Under the pieces are notes generated by a model. It was not told the DNA's origin and did not search any database. It saw only the letters and a list, made by a program, of their open reading frames with translations. Positions 41,415-52,200 of a stretch of DNA of 64,000 bases are shown in pieces. The position numbers were made by a program, and so were the translations under genes. How positions within the stretch are numbered: the stretch's first letter is position 1; each line of letters begins with the position of its first letter. The stretch covers positions 1,856,001 to 1,920,000 of the forward strand of contig CAWJWJ010000002.1 in assembly GCA_963846575.1 (NCBI GenBank), read 5' to 3'. Source of the DNA: an uncultured Nitrospiraceae bacterium (GTDB lineage Bacteria; Nitrospirota; Nitrospiria; Nitrospirales; Nitrospiraceae).

Positions 41415-42497
41415 ATGACGACTGCACCCAGGCGCGAGGCGCTGACACTCCGGGAACTCCACGCATTCGTGGGTGGAGAGTTGATCGGGTCACCGGACTC
41501 GACGGTGATCGGTATCGCGAGCCTGGACCAGGCAGGACCCGGCGACCTCGCGTTCCTGACTTCTGAACGGAGCTTAAAAACCCTGCAGAGTGCGTCCGTC
41601 GGCGCTCTGCTCGTGGGAAGACGTCTTCCGGAATTCACATCGCCCCAGATTGTGGTGGAGAATCCCGCCTATGCGTTCGCGCGCGCCGTACAACAGTTTT
41701 TTGTGGCACCGATGCGCAGGCGCGGGATCGCTCCGGAAGTCATCCGTGGCGAGGGTGTCACCATCGGACCCGATGCGTTCCTCTGGCCCGGGGTCACCTT
41801 GGGAGATCGCGTGACGCTGGGAGCGCGGGTGACGCTCTACCCGGGCGTGTTTATCGGTGACGATAGCGTCATCGGCGACGACACCCTCCTCTATCCGAAC
41901 GTGGTGGTGCGCGAAGGGTGCCGTCTCGGACATCGCGTGATCGTGCACAGTGGAACGGTCATCGGCAGCGACGGATTCGGATACGTCCAATATCAGGGAC
42001 GGCACGAGAAAATTCCTCAACTGGGAGGCGTGCTCATCGAGGACGACGTGGAACTGGGCGCCAATGTGACGGTGGACCGGGCCACCTTCGGACATACGGT
42101 CATTAAGCGCGGCACCAAGATCGACAATCTGGTGCAGATCGCGCACAACGTCGTCGTGGGCGAGCACAATATTCTTGTGGCCCAGGTGGGCATTGCGGGA
42201 AGCACGACATTGGGACGGTATGTGATGGTCGGTGGCCAGGCTGGTCTCGCCGATCATTTACAGATCGGCGATCAGGTCATGATCGCGGCAAAGTCAGGCG
42301 TGACCAGAAGTCTCGAGCCCAACCAGGTCGTGTCCGGCGCTCCGGTCATGCCGCATGCGACGTTTCTCAAAGCGCAGGCGGTCATTCCGCAATTGCCGGA
42401 ACTGCGCCAGCGAGTGCGCGAACTGGAGGAGCGGCTGGCAACCCTCGAACAATCGCCTCAGGTTCCGGCCAAGCCCCACAAGCCGCGTCGAAAGTAG
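41415..42497 (+). CDS. lpxD: UDP-3-O-acylglucosamine N-acyltransferase
   Basis: Hexapeptide repeats, [20 protein letters not shown]. Confidence 0.93.
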   Translation: MTTAPRREALTLRELHAFVGGELIGSPDSTVIGIASLDQAGPGDLAFLTSERSLKTLQSASVGALLVGRRLPEFTSPQIVVENPAYAFARAVQQFFVAPMRRRGIAPEVIRGEGVTIGPDAFLWPGVTLGDRVTLGARVTLYPGVFIGDDSVIGDDTLLYPNVVVREGCRLGHRVIVHSGTVIGSDGFGYVQYQGRHEKIPQLGGVLIEDDVELGANVTVDRATFGHTVIKRGTKIDNLVQIAHNVVVGEHNILVAQVGIAGSTTLGRYVMVGGQAGLADHLQIGDQVMIAAKSGVTRSLEPNQVVSGAPVMPHATFLKAQAVIPQLPELRQRVRELEERLATLEQSPQVPAKPHKPRRK

Positions 42498-42515
42498 TGC
42501 CCGCTCGTCTGATCG

Positions 42516-43040
42516 TCAGTTCTTCAGAACCGTCCGCCAAAAAAACAGCTTCGCCCAAAAAAAACCTGCCCACGGCAGGAAATAGGCCGCGACCGGATAC
42601 ACCGCCCCATATACCACGCCGATCGTTGACCCGCTCAGCAGCAGCGCCACGCCAGCTATGTAGGCCACCGGGGCCCAGGGCGATCCGCCGGGCGACTCCT
42701 GTGTTGGCCCTCCGTCACGCTTTGGACGGCCGCTTTTCTTGATGGTCGGCTGACGCATGCGCGAGGCAAAGACCTCCGGACGATGGCCGAGAATCCAGCG
42801 ATGGTAGGTCGTCTGCAGCCAGCCGAGCACGCCTCCCAACAAAAGCAATCCGGAACTTTGCAGAAAGGTTTCCCAGGTGTAGGTATCAGTGGCAATGAGC
42901 TGATAGCCCAGGCCGCCAATCCCGCTGATCATGGAGATCATGCCCAGAATACCAGCTGGGAATAAAATGTACGCTTTAACATAGGCCGTCGCCTTGGCGT
43001 CCTGGCCCTCTTGCTGTTTCACGGTCACGAGTTTTGGCAT
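42516..43040 (-). CDS. hypothetical membrane protein
   Basis: About four TM segments. Confidence 0.7.
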   Translation of the reverse strand: MPKLVTVKQQEGQDAKATAYVKAYILFPAGILGMISMISGIGGLGYQLIATDTYTWETFLQSSGLLLLGGVLGWLQTTYHRWILGHRPEVFASRMRQPTIKKSGRPKRDGGPTQESPGGSPWAPVAYIAGVALLLSGSTIGVVYGAVYPVAAYFLPWAGFFWAKLFFWRTVLKN

Positions 43041-43364
43041 GGCGCAGATGGTCGTATAATCCCAACCTGAACCGCAAGCGAAAAGGCACGCAGCTTGAAC
43101 AAAATTCACTTCTCCGGCACCCACCAAGCGACCTCACATCGTCGTTCCTGAAACGGTCCACAGCCAAACCTGTCCACATAATCTGGGGACGGGCTGTGCG
43201 CAACCATGTGGATAGACGACCGATGTAGCGGCTATGCGGGGACGCGCGCAATCTGCTCAAGGATTAGGCGGTCCTAGTAGAAGGCCCCGGACTGTACCAG
43301 TCCGAACACAGCAGGTCGGTGAGAGGAGAGTGTGAGATCGAGGCGAAGCCCTGTGAGGAGACCG

Positions 43365-45452
43365 TTACTTCAAGGGAAGAATGTCGAAAATCGCCGCCCG
43401 TTCCACTCGGCCGATATCGACCCACTGCTGGGCCAATGGAACCAACGCGGCCAATCGTTCCTTAACTGCATGAAGTCGTTCGCTCATGGCAGAGGGCTTC
43501 TGTTGGACCGTGACACGAAGAAATGTCCGCAAGCCGTTCAAGAAGAGAGTGATGTTTGCAGCCGAGACTCGCGCCGCTGCTTCTGAGAGCGTCTCAATGT
43601 CATCAAAGACAGGCTCCAGCGCCTGAGGAGCGAGGACGCGTGCTTCGCCGGCGCGATCGATCTGGCTGAGCTTCGCAAGCACCACCGGAACGTGAGTCTG
43701 CATGTTCACGAGGAACTGTTCATCGAGTGCGTCCAGATCTTTGAGAATGCGACCGATGGTTCTTGCATCCACGACTTGCGCACTGCGTTCCATCTCCCGC
43801 TCGGCCCATTGAATGACCGTCTCAAGGACGTCGCGGACGGGCTGAACCGACCGCCCTCGTGCCACATGCAGTTGCCGTAAGGCATCGAGAATGGGAGTGG
43901 ACGGTAACCAGCCAGGGGGCGTGTCCCGATCGGATAGCTTGTGGGAGGCGGTTACCTCCGGGGTGGCCGACTGCACCGATGGCTCACTATGCGGTTGGTC
44001 CGGGGCGGATGACCCGGGAGCGGCCTCCACATACGCCATCGTCCTGACCGGTTCGAGCGCCTGCACCGCCTCCGTGATGCGCAGCAGTCCCTCCCGGAGG
44101 GAAGCCACGTGATGGGCTGCCACCATCCGTTCATGTTTACCCGCCGCCTGGAGAGTCGGAAGGAGGGTCGTCGCGGTATCCTCCACGGCCGTGAGACCGA
44201 CGGTCGCGGCGGAGCGGGCGAGGTTATTCACACTCTGCCACAAGATCGTCGCCAACCTGGCACGGCGAGGCTGCTCACTCGTCGTATCCAGTCTCTCCAA
44301 CGCCGTCTGAATTTGATTCAGCCATCCACGGGCCTCCAGAGCGAACAGTCCAAGAATCTCCCGCCTGACATGCATTGCTTGTTCTGGACGATCCTGGGTG
44401 TTTGACGCTTGTGCCGCGGCAGAAGGAGCAGGGGAATTCTTCACCGCCGCCTGAATCACGCCGGCAATCGCATCAAGGCTTTCGAGTAAGGCGGCAAACT
44501 GCTCTGATGCGCTGGTGGGGGATGCGACAGCTTCGGCAGCCGGAGGGGACGACGGGAACGACACCCGATCGAGCGCCGGTGGGTCCACAGTGTCCGCCAC
44601 AGAGACGTGAGGCAAGAGGCTCAGATCGAGGTAGCGGGGCACGGCCGTCACAGAGTCGGCCTGCTCCCCCGTGACACGAATGACCGGGCGCGAGGGATAC
44701 GCCGGGGTAATCCGAACCACCACCCCTTCCTCTCCGCTATTCAGACGGACTTTCGTCCCCAACGGAAACACCGACAATTGTTCGACCAAGCCTTTCATGA
44801 TCTCGCGTGGAAACGCCGTGCGTTCGGTATTGAGCAGCTCGCGGATGGCTTCGTGCGGCAGCAGGCGGCGACGGTAGGGACGCGAACTGACAAGCGCGTC
44901 GAAAATATCCACGAGACCGATGATTTGTGCCAACTCGTTGATTTCCCGCCCCTTCAAGTGGTGGGGGTAGCCCTGCCCCTGCCCTCGCTCATGAGCCTGC
45001 AGCACGACTTCAGCCAGCCACGCATAGTCCTGACCGAGACGCTCAATCACGCCGTACCCTAGCCGAGGATGTTGTTCGATCAGGGCTCGCTCCTCAGATG
45101 AGAGGCGTCCGGTCTTTGTGAGCAGCTCCTGCGGTACAGCAAAAATGCCGATGTCATGCACGAGACCCGCGAGTGCCAGCCGTCGCAGTTCAGCGCCATA
45201 ATAACCGAGCCCGATGCCGACTTTTGTTCCCAGAATGCTGACATTGATGAGATTGGTCACGAGCGGCGGGCCGGCAGGGCTGGAAAGCGCTTCAACCACC
45301 AACTGATCGTTGTCTTCAATGGAGTCAACGATCCTTCCAGCAATATGAGTCAGCTCCGTGAGATCAATCCGCTCCTGTCGCTGCACAGCGGCGGCCACTT
45401 GCACCAGCGCCTCCTGGGCCTGTCGATAGCGATTTTGGTCCGACTCTCCCAT
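43365..45452 (-). CDS. HD-GYP domain protein fused to a His-less Hpt-like domain
   Basis: VHDIG, HER...GYP, DIFDAL..RPYR; C-terminal half homologous to 45643-46587. Confidence 0.85.
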   Translation of the reverse strand: MGESDQNRYRQAQEALVQVAAAVQRQERIDLTELTHIAGRIVDSIEDNDQLVVEALSSPAGPPLVTNLINVSILGTKVGIGLGYYGAELRRLALAGLVHDIGIFAVPQELLTKTGRLSSEERALIEQHPRLGYGVIERLGQDYAWLAEVVLQAHERGQGQGYPHHLKGREINELAQIIGLVDIFDALVSSRPYRRRLLPHEAIRELLNTERTAFPREIMKGLVEQLSVFPLGTKVRLNSGEEGVVVRITPAYPSRPVIRVTGEQADSVTAVPRYLDLSLLPHVSVADTVDPPALDRVSFPSSPPAAEAVASPTSASEQFAALLESLDAIAGVIQAAVKNSPAPSAAAQASNTQDRPEQAMHVRREILGLFALEARGWLNQIQTALERLDTTSEQPRRARLATILWQSVNNLARSAATVGLTAVEDTATTLLPTLQAAGKHERMVAAHHVASLREGLLRITEAVQALEPVRTMAYVEAAPGSSAPDQPHSEPSVQSATPEVTASHKLSDRDTPPGWLPSTPILDALRQLHVARGRSVQPVRDVLETVIQWAEREMERSAQVVDARTIGRILKDLDALDEQFLVNMQTHVPVVLAKLSQIDRAGEARVLAPQALEPVFDDIETLSEAAARVSAANITLFLNGLRTFLRVTVQQKPSAMSERLHAVKERLAALVPLAQQWVDIGRVERAAIFDILPLK

Positions 45453-45642
45453 TCTGCTCCTGTTGGTACCAGCGTACATACCTAGTCGCTCAAATGACAA
45501 ACACCGCTGCCCCCTCAACGCGAGGAATCCTTATTCGGTAATGCTCCTCGTCGAAGCGGCCTAGTAGTATAAAGAAACCCTGCCTGAGTATCGACAGAGT
45601 GGCAGCGAGGCGGAAGGAGACTCCGGGGGATGGTGATCGCGG

Positions 45643-46587
45643 TTAGGCCACGGGCAGGAGTCTGCCCATGGCGTTCCGTTCGCGTTCACCCGCGATGATC
45701 CAATCTTCGATGGTGCCCAGCACCGCGCGGATCCTTGTCTCCACCAAATGCACACGTTGGGATGTAACCACGATGCGGCGCTGCACAATGAGGGAAAGAA
45801 AGCCTCGCAAGCCGGTCAAGAACGTCACCAGCGGAGTGACATGCGCCTGCGTGGCCATACCTTGAAGATGATCGACGTTCCGAATGCACTCGGCCAGCGT
45901 ATCGAGGGGCTCAGGTGCCGTGAGATCTTCGCAGCGGAGCCGACCTAAACTCTCAGCCACATCCGGCAATCGTTGCCGTAACGATTCCAGGCATTGCGCA
46001 TCTGGCACATGCAAATCCTGCAGCATTTGATGAAAACTGGATGCCTGAATCTGCTCGGACCCTTGCCTAGCCTCATGCTCCAGCCGCTGCATGACGTGAG
46101 GAATGAGGCTGCAGGGAAAAAGTCCGCTCACCGCGCAGTCATCTTGCAGACTTCGCAGGGCGTTGAGTAGCGTCAAGAGATCAGCCGCCGGCTCCGCGTG
46201 CGCCGGCATCTTAGGAGGAGCAAGGTTTGTCGCGATGCCCGTTGCCGTCGTCACTAACGTCATCACCGTCTGGAACTGCTCCAGCACGGTAGCGTAATCC
46301 TGTTTGGTGGCCGTGGTCCGGTCCTTAAGAATTTCGATAAACGGCAGGAGCGCAAAGGTGGCACGCTCCACATCGGAAAGATTCACTGTCGCAGCGGAAC
46401 CGCCGAGACTGGTAATGCCCCGCACCACCGCATCCAGGAGTTGTGTATGGCGATCGAGATCGGGCTGGCTCTGGAGTTCAGTCAGCGCCGAATGAATTTC
46501 AAGGATCCACTCGTGAGCTTCCTGGCCGAACAGTTCAACCAGCTCTTTTTGGAACGCGTCGTCGGTTTTCTCTGATTCGGTCGACAC
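45643..46587 (-). CDS. His-less Hpt-like protein
   Basis: LVELF.QEA.EW...ITSLGGSAATV, with Thr at the phospho-His position. Confidence 0.75.
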   Translation of the reverse strand: MSTESEKTDDAFQKELVELFGQEAHEWILEIHSALTELQSQPDLDRHTQLLDAVVRGITSLGGSAATVNLSDVERATFALLPFIEILKDRTTATKQDYATVLEQFQTVMTLVTTATGIATNLAPPKMPAHAEPAADLLTLLNALRSLQDDCAVSGLFPCSLIPHVMQRLEHEARQGSEQIQASSFHQMLQDLHVPDAQCLESLRQRLPDVAESLGRLRCEDLTAPEPLDTLAECIRNVDHLQGMATQAHVTPLVTFLTGLRGFLSLIVQRRIVVTSQRVHLVETRIRAVLGTIEDWIIAGERERNAMGRLLPVA

Positions 46588-46640
46588 GGTGGCGTCCTGT
46601 CTTGGCCCTGTGTTCGCCCGGACCGGCGGGTCCGGGGCTG

Positions 46641-48122
46641 TTAACGTTTACCGTTTCCCAATTGGGACGCAAGTCCCGCGATCTCGCCGAGCTTTCGTGC
46701 CATGTCCTCAAAGCGCCGGGTTGATTGGTCGGCCGCATGCTCAGCTTCCGTCGTGCGTCTCATCAGTTGTGCCGAGCGCGCCCGCTCCTCGGCTAATGCA
46801 AGGTCGAGCTCATGGGCACGTTGCACGACCGTTTCCAACTCCTTAACCTTCGCCATCACCACCACCGCGGTCTCCCGTTCCGTCGCGAGGACACCGTTCA
46901 ATTCCGCAATACGCAACCGTTCCTGCTCGAGCGATTGTTCGAGGTCCGATACCCGAGTAGCAATGCCCTCGCATGAGGCGATCTTTTTTTCATACCCTTC
47001 CGCCTGCTCTCGCTGCTTCGCGAGCGTTGCTTCGAGCTCGCGTGCTCGCTGTTCGACGTGTTCGAGGCTGGTGATTTGCCGAACCAGTTCACCCGCCGCG
47101 CCACGTTCCGCGGCAAGATGCGCTTCTAACTCGAGAACCCGCGACGTATTCCGATCATTGGCCGAGACCTGTTGCAGGAGTTCCTCTATTCTCACGTGAG
47201 CCTCGGCAACTGCGGTCTCCAGCGCCTCAGCACGCCGAGCGTCCTTCGAGACTTCATTGAACTGTTCTGTAAGGGTTGTGCGCTGTGCACGTTCGTCCTC
47301 CAGGGCCTGGTTCAGCATTTCGGTACGTGAGGACAAGCCCGCAATCTGTGCCCGGTGTTCCTCCAGGGCATTCTGCATCTGCTGCAGTTGTTCGTGAGTT
47401 TGTCGACGTTCACAAACAAGCTGCTCCTCCAGTTCTGCGATGCGTGCCTCTCGCTGGGCCAGCGAATCCGCATCGCGATGGTCGTCTTCTACCAGCGTAT
47501 CCGGTCCAACTGGCACCTGATCTTCTACGATTCCGACTGGCTCAAGACCGCTCTCCACAGGGGCCATCGCATCAGAATCGGTAGATCCTCTGAGAACAGC
47601 CCCATTGACTGAAAGACCTGACTGAATGTGTTCAAACTCCTGGATGGGCTGTTCACTCGCAACAACGAGCGCCGCATCGGCAGGCTCTTCCCCCGGAGTC
47701 TTCTCATCATGTGTCGAATCCGTCACCGGTTCCGGCGCCGCCCCATCTTTGTGCTGCCGCTTCATGAGCAAATCCAGAACCCGATCTTTCAGAGAGGTGC
47801 CTTGGAAAGGCTTCTTCAACACCCCGTCGGCTTTACAGGATTCCGCCTGCCGAGAGACTTCCTCGTTAACAATACCGCTGATCAAGAGCACGGGAAGATC
47901 CGCAAGATTCGCCTGCGAGCGTACGAACGCACAGACTTCATATCCGCTTTTGTCCGGCATGATGACGTCAGATACAACTAAGTCCGGACGCTCTTTCCCG
48001 AGAAGCGCCAACGCCTCGGACCCGTTGGCGGCCAGAGTGACGCCCATCCCGGCTTCGGTCAGGAGACGCTCGGCCACCTTTCGAACTGCGATACTGTCAT
48101 CGGCAATCAAAATCTTTGGCAT
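46641..48122 (-). CDS. response regulator with a long coiled-coil tail
   Basis: ILIADDS, SDVIMP, KKPF; heptad-rich C-terminus. Confidence 0.88.
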   Translation of the reverse strand: MPKILIADDSIAVRKVAERLLTEAGMGVTLAANGSEALALLGKERPDLVVSDVIMPDKSGYEVCAFVRSQANLADLPVLLISGIVNEEVSRQAESCKADGVLKKPFQGTSLKDRVLDLLMKRQHKDGAAPEPVTDSTHDEKTPGEEPADAALVVASEQPIQEFEHIQSGLSVNGAVLRGSTDSDAMAPVESGLEPVGIVEDQVPVGPDTLVEDDHRDADSLAQREARIAELEEQLVCERRQTHEQLQQMQNALEEHRAQIAGLSSRTEMLNQALEDERAQRTTLTEQFNEVSKDARRAEALETAVAEAHVRIEELLQQVSANDRNTSRVLELEAHLAAERGAAGELVRQITSLEHVEQRARELEATLAKQREQAEGYEKKIASCEGIATRVSDLEQSLEQERLRIAELNGVLATERETAVVVMAKVKELETVVQRAHELDLALAEERARSAQLMRRTTEAEHAADQSTRRFEDMARKLGEIAGLASQLGNGKR

Positions 48123-48147
48123 GTCATTCCTCTGAACGATGCAGGAC

Positions 48148-48627
48148 TCATCCCTTTGGACGAATCGATGAGACCCCAAGGGTCATCAGGTTGATGATGG
48201 GAAGTTCTTCCTTGTCGGCCACGCATCTTCCGGCAATGTCGGGATCGCTCCCAACCTGATAGTGCATCGATGAGCGTGCCACCATGTGAAGCGATGGAAC
48301 CTGGGAATCGATACAGATGGCGAGAGGGCCGTCGAGGTGTTTGACGATCAAACACAGGGGCGCCTCTTCATTCATGGTCCGGTCGAACTTGGCCGCAAGG
48401 TCAAACACCGGGAGGCAGCGATTCTCCTGACGGACAAGCGCCGCCACGAAGGGAGTATCACTGGGAACGGCAATCGTGCCCGTCCAAGGCAGGACCCCGC
48501 CAATCTCTTCAGTTCGGGCAGCCAGGCGTTGTCCTCCCACGGAAAATACGACTAGCCCTTGCATCCGTGATTCGGTGGCGAGCCTGGAGCCAGCGTGAGC
48601 CTGCCTGCGTAACTGAGCACGCAACAT
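48148..48627 (-). CDS. CheW-like protein
   Basis: VVFSVGG.RLA...PVFDL; chemosensory context. Confidence 0.7.
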   Translation of the reverse strand: MLRAQLRRQAHAGSRLATESRMQGLVVFSVGGQRLAARTEEIGGVLPWTGTIAVPSDTPFVAALVRQENRCLPVFDLAAKFDRTMNEEAPLCLIVKHLDGPLAICIDSQVPSLHMVARSSMHYQVGSDPDIAGRCVADKEELPIINLMTLGVSSIRPKG

Positions 48628-48643
48628 GGAACCAACCTCGTTT

Positions 48644-49216
48644 CTACTTCAATCCCACCACTGATGCCGGCGCGGCAAGTTTAAATCCGGCCGAGTGCGG
48701 TTGAGCTCCTGGCGCCAATATCCCCGCCCTTCGGTCGGACTCCTGAGGGGCGAACATGTCGAGAACGTTCTTTTGAAACGGGAGCTCGAGTAACCAGAGA
48801 GGATTCATGATCAATGCCACGTATGCCGCATCGACAATCAGGCCAAGCAACCGCTCGCGCTCTCCGCCACGAAATTGTGGCGGCAGCGGCTGAACCTGCG
48901 ACCGATCGAGGTCCACGAGACCCGTCACTTGATCGACCATGAACGATCGTACACACTGCTCATTCCCGTACAAGATGATTCTAGTCTCAGATGAAGCAGG
49001 CCGCGATCCGATAGCCAGCCGGGCTGCGAGATCCGTCCGTTCATAAGATGAATCGGCCCACGTGACCGACTTCTCCTGTCCCGCCTCGGCAGGCGTGATG
49101 ATGCCGCGAACCCAGTGCGCCGGCAACGCGACAGCGGTCGGTCCGACGGTCACCACCAAAAACCGGAGAGTGTGACCACTCGCCTGGGCGGCGGCTCTAT
49201 GTCCTCGGAGGCCCAT
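48644..49216 (-). CDS. CheW-like protein
   Basis: FLVVTVG...VDQVTGLVD...QPLP; chemosensory context. Confidence 0.7.
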   Translation of the reverse strand: MGLRGHRAAAQASGHTLRFLVVTVGPTAVALPAHWVRGIITPAEAGQEKSVTWADSSYERTDLAARLAIGSRPASSETRIILYGNEQCVRSFMVDQVTGLVDLDRSQVQPLPPQFRGGERERLLGLIVDAAYVALIMNPLWLLELPFQKNVLDMFAPQESDRRAGILAPGAQPHSAGFKLAAPASVVGLK

Positions 49217-49263
49217 GGTTCCCCTTCATGTTCGCGACGAGGGTACGCAACAACGTACCGTAC

Positions 49264-52200
49264 CTATGTATGCACCCCGGTTTCGCGGCCCGTCCATCTT
49301 TGCACTTCCTGGATCAGGGCGCGTTCCTCTACCGGCTTGGCAATATAGCCGGAGGCGCCTACACTGACGGCCATCTGCCGATGCTTCTCACCTGCCCTCG
49401 TGGTCATGACCACAATCGGCGTCGAATGCGTTTGCGGTCGTGCTCGTAGCGCTTGAATGACCTCATACCCGTTCAATTTGGGCATCTCGAGATCAGTGAT
49501 AATAAGCTGATAACTTTGCATCAAGGCTTTACGGCAGCCCTCCTCACCATCGGTCGCCGTGTCGACGGTATAACCAGCCGCTTCAAGCATGCGCCCGACA
49601 AACTTTCTGATGCTAAGCGAATCGTCGATCAACAAGAGCTGCCGAGGCCTGTCCGAGAGCTGACCCGGGATACTCTGGGATGGCCCATCGAGCGAGGCGG
49701 GTGAAAGGCTCTCCTGAGCGACCGGCATCGCGCCGTGGTACAGCCGCGTCGTCAACCGGCTCACATCCAGCACCAGGACGATGCGCCCTTCGGGATCTAT
49801 CGTTGCGCCCCCGAACACTGATCGTTCATAGGGCCTCAACGCTCCTAACGACTTAATGACGATTTCCTGACGACCGAGCAACTCATCGACCGCACACCCG
49901 AGCGCTCCGGTCGAAGTCCGGACGACTACCACCGGCTTGGCGCCATTGATGGTGCCTCCCTCCCGACGAATGAGGCTGGCGAGTGGAAACACCTCGACGG
50001 CTTCGTCGCCGAGCTGGATCACGGAACGATCTCCCATCTGCTGTATTGTCGACGCAGTCGACATCGTCACTTCGCGCACGCTGGGGAGCGGAATTGCATA
50101 ACGATCTCCCTCGACCCGGACGATCAACGCGGTGGCGATCAAGAGGGTGAGGGGGAGATGCATCGTGAACTTGGTACCCAGCCCACGCTCCGATTCCACT
50201 TCGATATGGCCGTTCATCGACTCGATGACCCGTTTGACCACATCCATGCCGACGCCCCTGCCCGCTTGATCGCCGATGTTGTCCGCGGTCGAAAAGCCCG
50301 GCAGGAAGATAAACTTGATAACTTCGCCTTCGGGGAGTGAGGCCGCCACTTCCGGCTTCACCAGTCCCAACTTGATCGCTTTAGCCTTGATCTTGGCAAT
50401 GTCGAGGCCCGCGCCATCGTCTTCCACCTCGATCAGCACGGAGTTCCCTCGGTGAGCCGCGTGCAGGTAAATCGAGCCGACTGCAGGTTTGCCCTGGGCG
50501 AGGCGAGTGCCGGGGAGTTCAATCCCGTGGTACACCGCATTGCGTACCAGATGCACCAGGGGATCAACGAGCCGTTCGACCACGCCGGTGTCGATTTCAG
50601 TATGTTCACCGGATGTGACCAGGTTGACTTCCTTCCCCGTGGCCCGAGCCATCTCGCGCGCGGCACGGCGGAACCGCGTAAAGGGAGTCCCGATGGGCAC
50701 CATTCGGGCGCGGGCAATTTCGTCGCGCATCCCCAGGGTCAGTTGCTGCAACTGTCCCATGTCGTCCTGGGCGCGATGGATTGAAGTCGTCAGTTGGGAC
50801 ATGGACTCAGTAATGTCCGCTGAGACTTCGCTGACCCGCCGGGCCAAAATGTTGAAATCGTCGTATTTGTCGAACTCCAACGAGCCGAAGTCAGTGACGC
50901 CCGCCATCCCCTGGGGCAACTCTTCCCCCTGTGATGCGGGTGACGGCTGGAAGGAGAACATGTGTTTGTCCTCGAAGGTCCGAACCGCCTCATTCAAGCG
51001 GCCCTTGTTGGCCACGACTTGAGCGGCCAGTTGATCCAACGTCTTCAAGCGTTGCTCAAGACGTCCGCGATCGATGACTAATTCGCCGACCAGATTCAGA
51101 AGCCGCTCGAGACGATCCCGACTGACTCGGATGACTTCTCGTTCTTCGCCGGCCTTCCCTTCTACCGGCTGAGACGACTCGACCGCGACGGCCTCGGCCC
51201 CATACTCGGCAGTCCCAGCGTCTGAGGCGATCAGTGTCCCTGACGTATCGCTAGTCTCCGGTTGGACCTGTCCTAGTCGCTTCAACTCCTGCAGCGAGGC
51301 TGCGAATCGTTGCCGCGTCCGCTCCAGTCTCGAGGAATCGCGGCGCATGAGCGCACGAATCACATCGATCGCACGCAGGAGCACATCCGTGTGCCAGGGT
51401 AACAGCCGAAGCTGTCCTTCACGCACCGCTCCCATGAAGTCTTCGATGTGGTGGGTCAGATCCCCGATGGCTTGAAATCCCACCGTATAGGCCGAGCCTT
51501 TCAACGTATGGGCTGTGCGGAAGAGTTGGTTGATGGCCTCCGGATCAACCGCCTGCTTATCAATCCGCAACAGGTCAGCTTCCAGACTTTCCACATACTC
51601 CTGAGCCTCCGGTGCAAAGTACGACATCACCTCGGCATCAAGGTTTGGAATGAGGTAGTCTTCTGTGAGCGTGGTTGAGGGAGTCATGTGTTGCGGGTGG
51701 ACATGTGGGTCACCGGCAAACCCAGCAGAAGGGCTCATTTCTTGAGCCGGTTGAGTTTCACAGTGCGCTGGAGCAGGCGCAGCCTCTGACGTCGGGCCGG
51801 TACCTTCCTCCATCTCTCGCAGTAACGTCACGACCAACGGGACTTCTGTCTGCAGGCGGAGTGCGGACTGAGCGTCTTGCGCCAACAGGGAACGCATGGC
51901 TTGGACCGCACGCCGGATGACGGTGATCCAATGGGGGGTGATGTCGGCCCGCTCTTCCCGTACCTGCATCATCCCGGCTTCGATCGGATAGGCAAGATCT
52001 CCCACCACCTGAAACCCGACGGTATAGGCCGACCCCTTCAACGTGTGAGCGACCCGGTACAACTGATGAACCGTCTCCGCTTCATGCGGATCGGCTTCGA
52101 GACGCTGCAGCAGCGTCTGAATGGTATTGAGATACTCTTCGGCCTCCGGAATAAAGTAGGACAGCACTTCGCCATCAATCGCGGGAAGCAGGTAGCCTGC

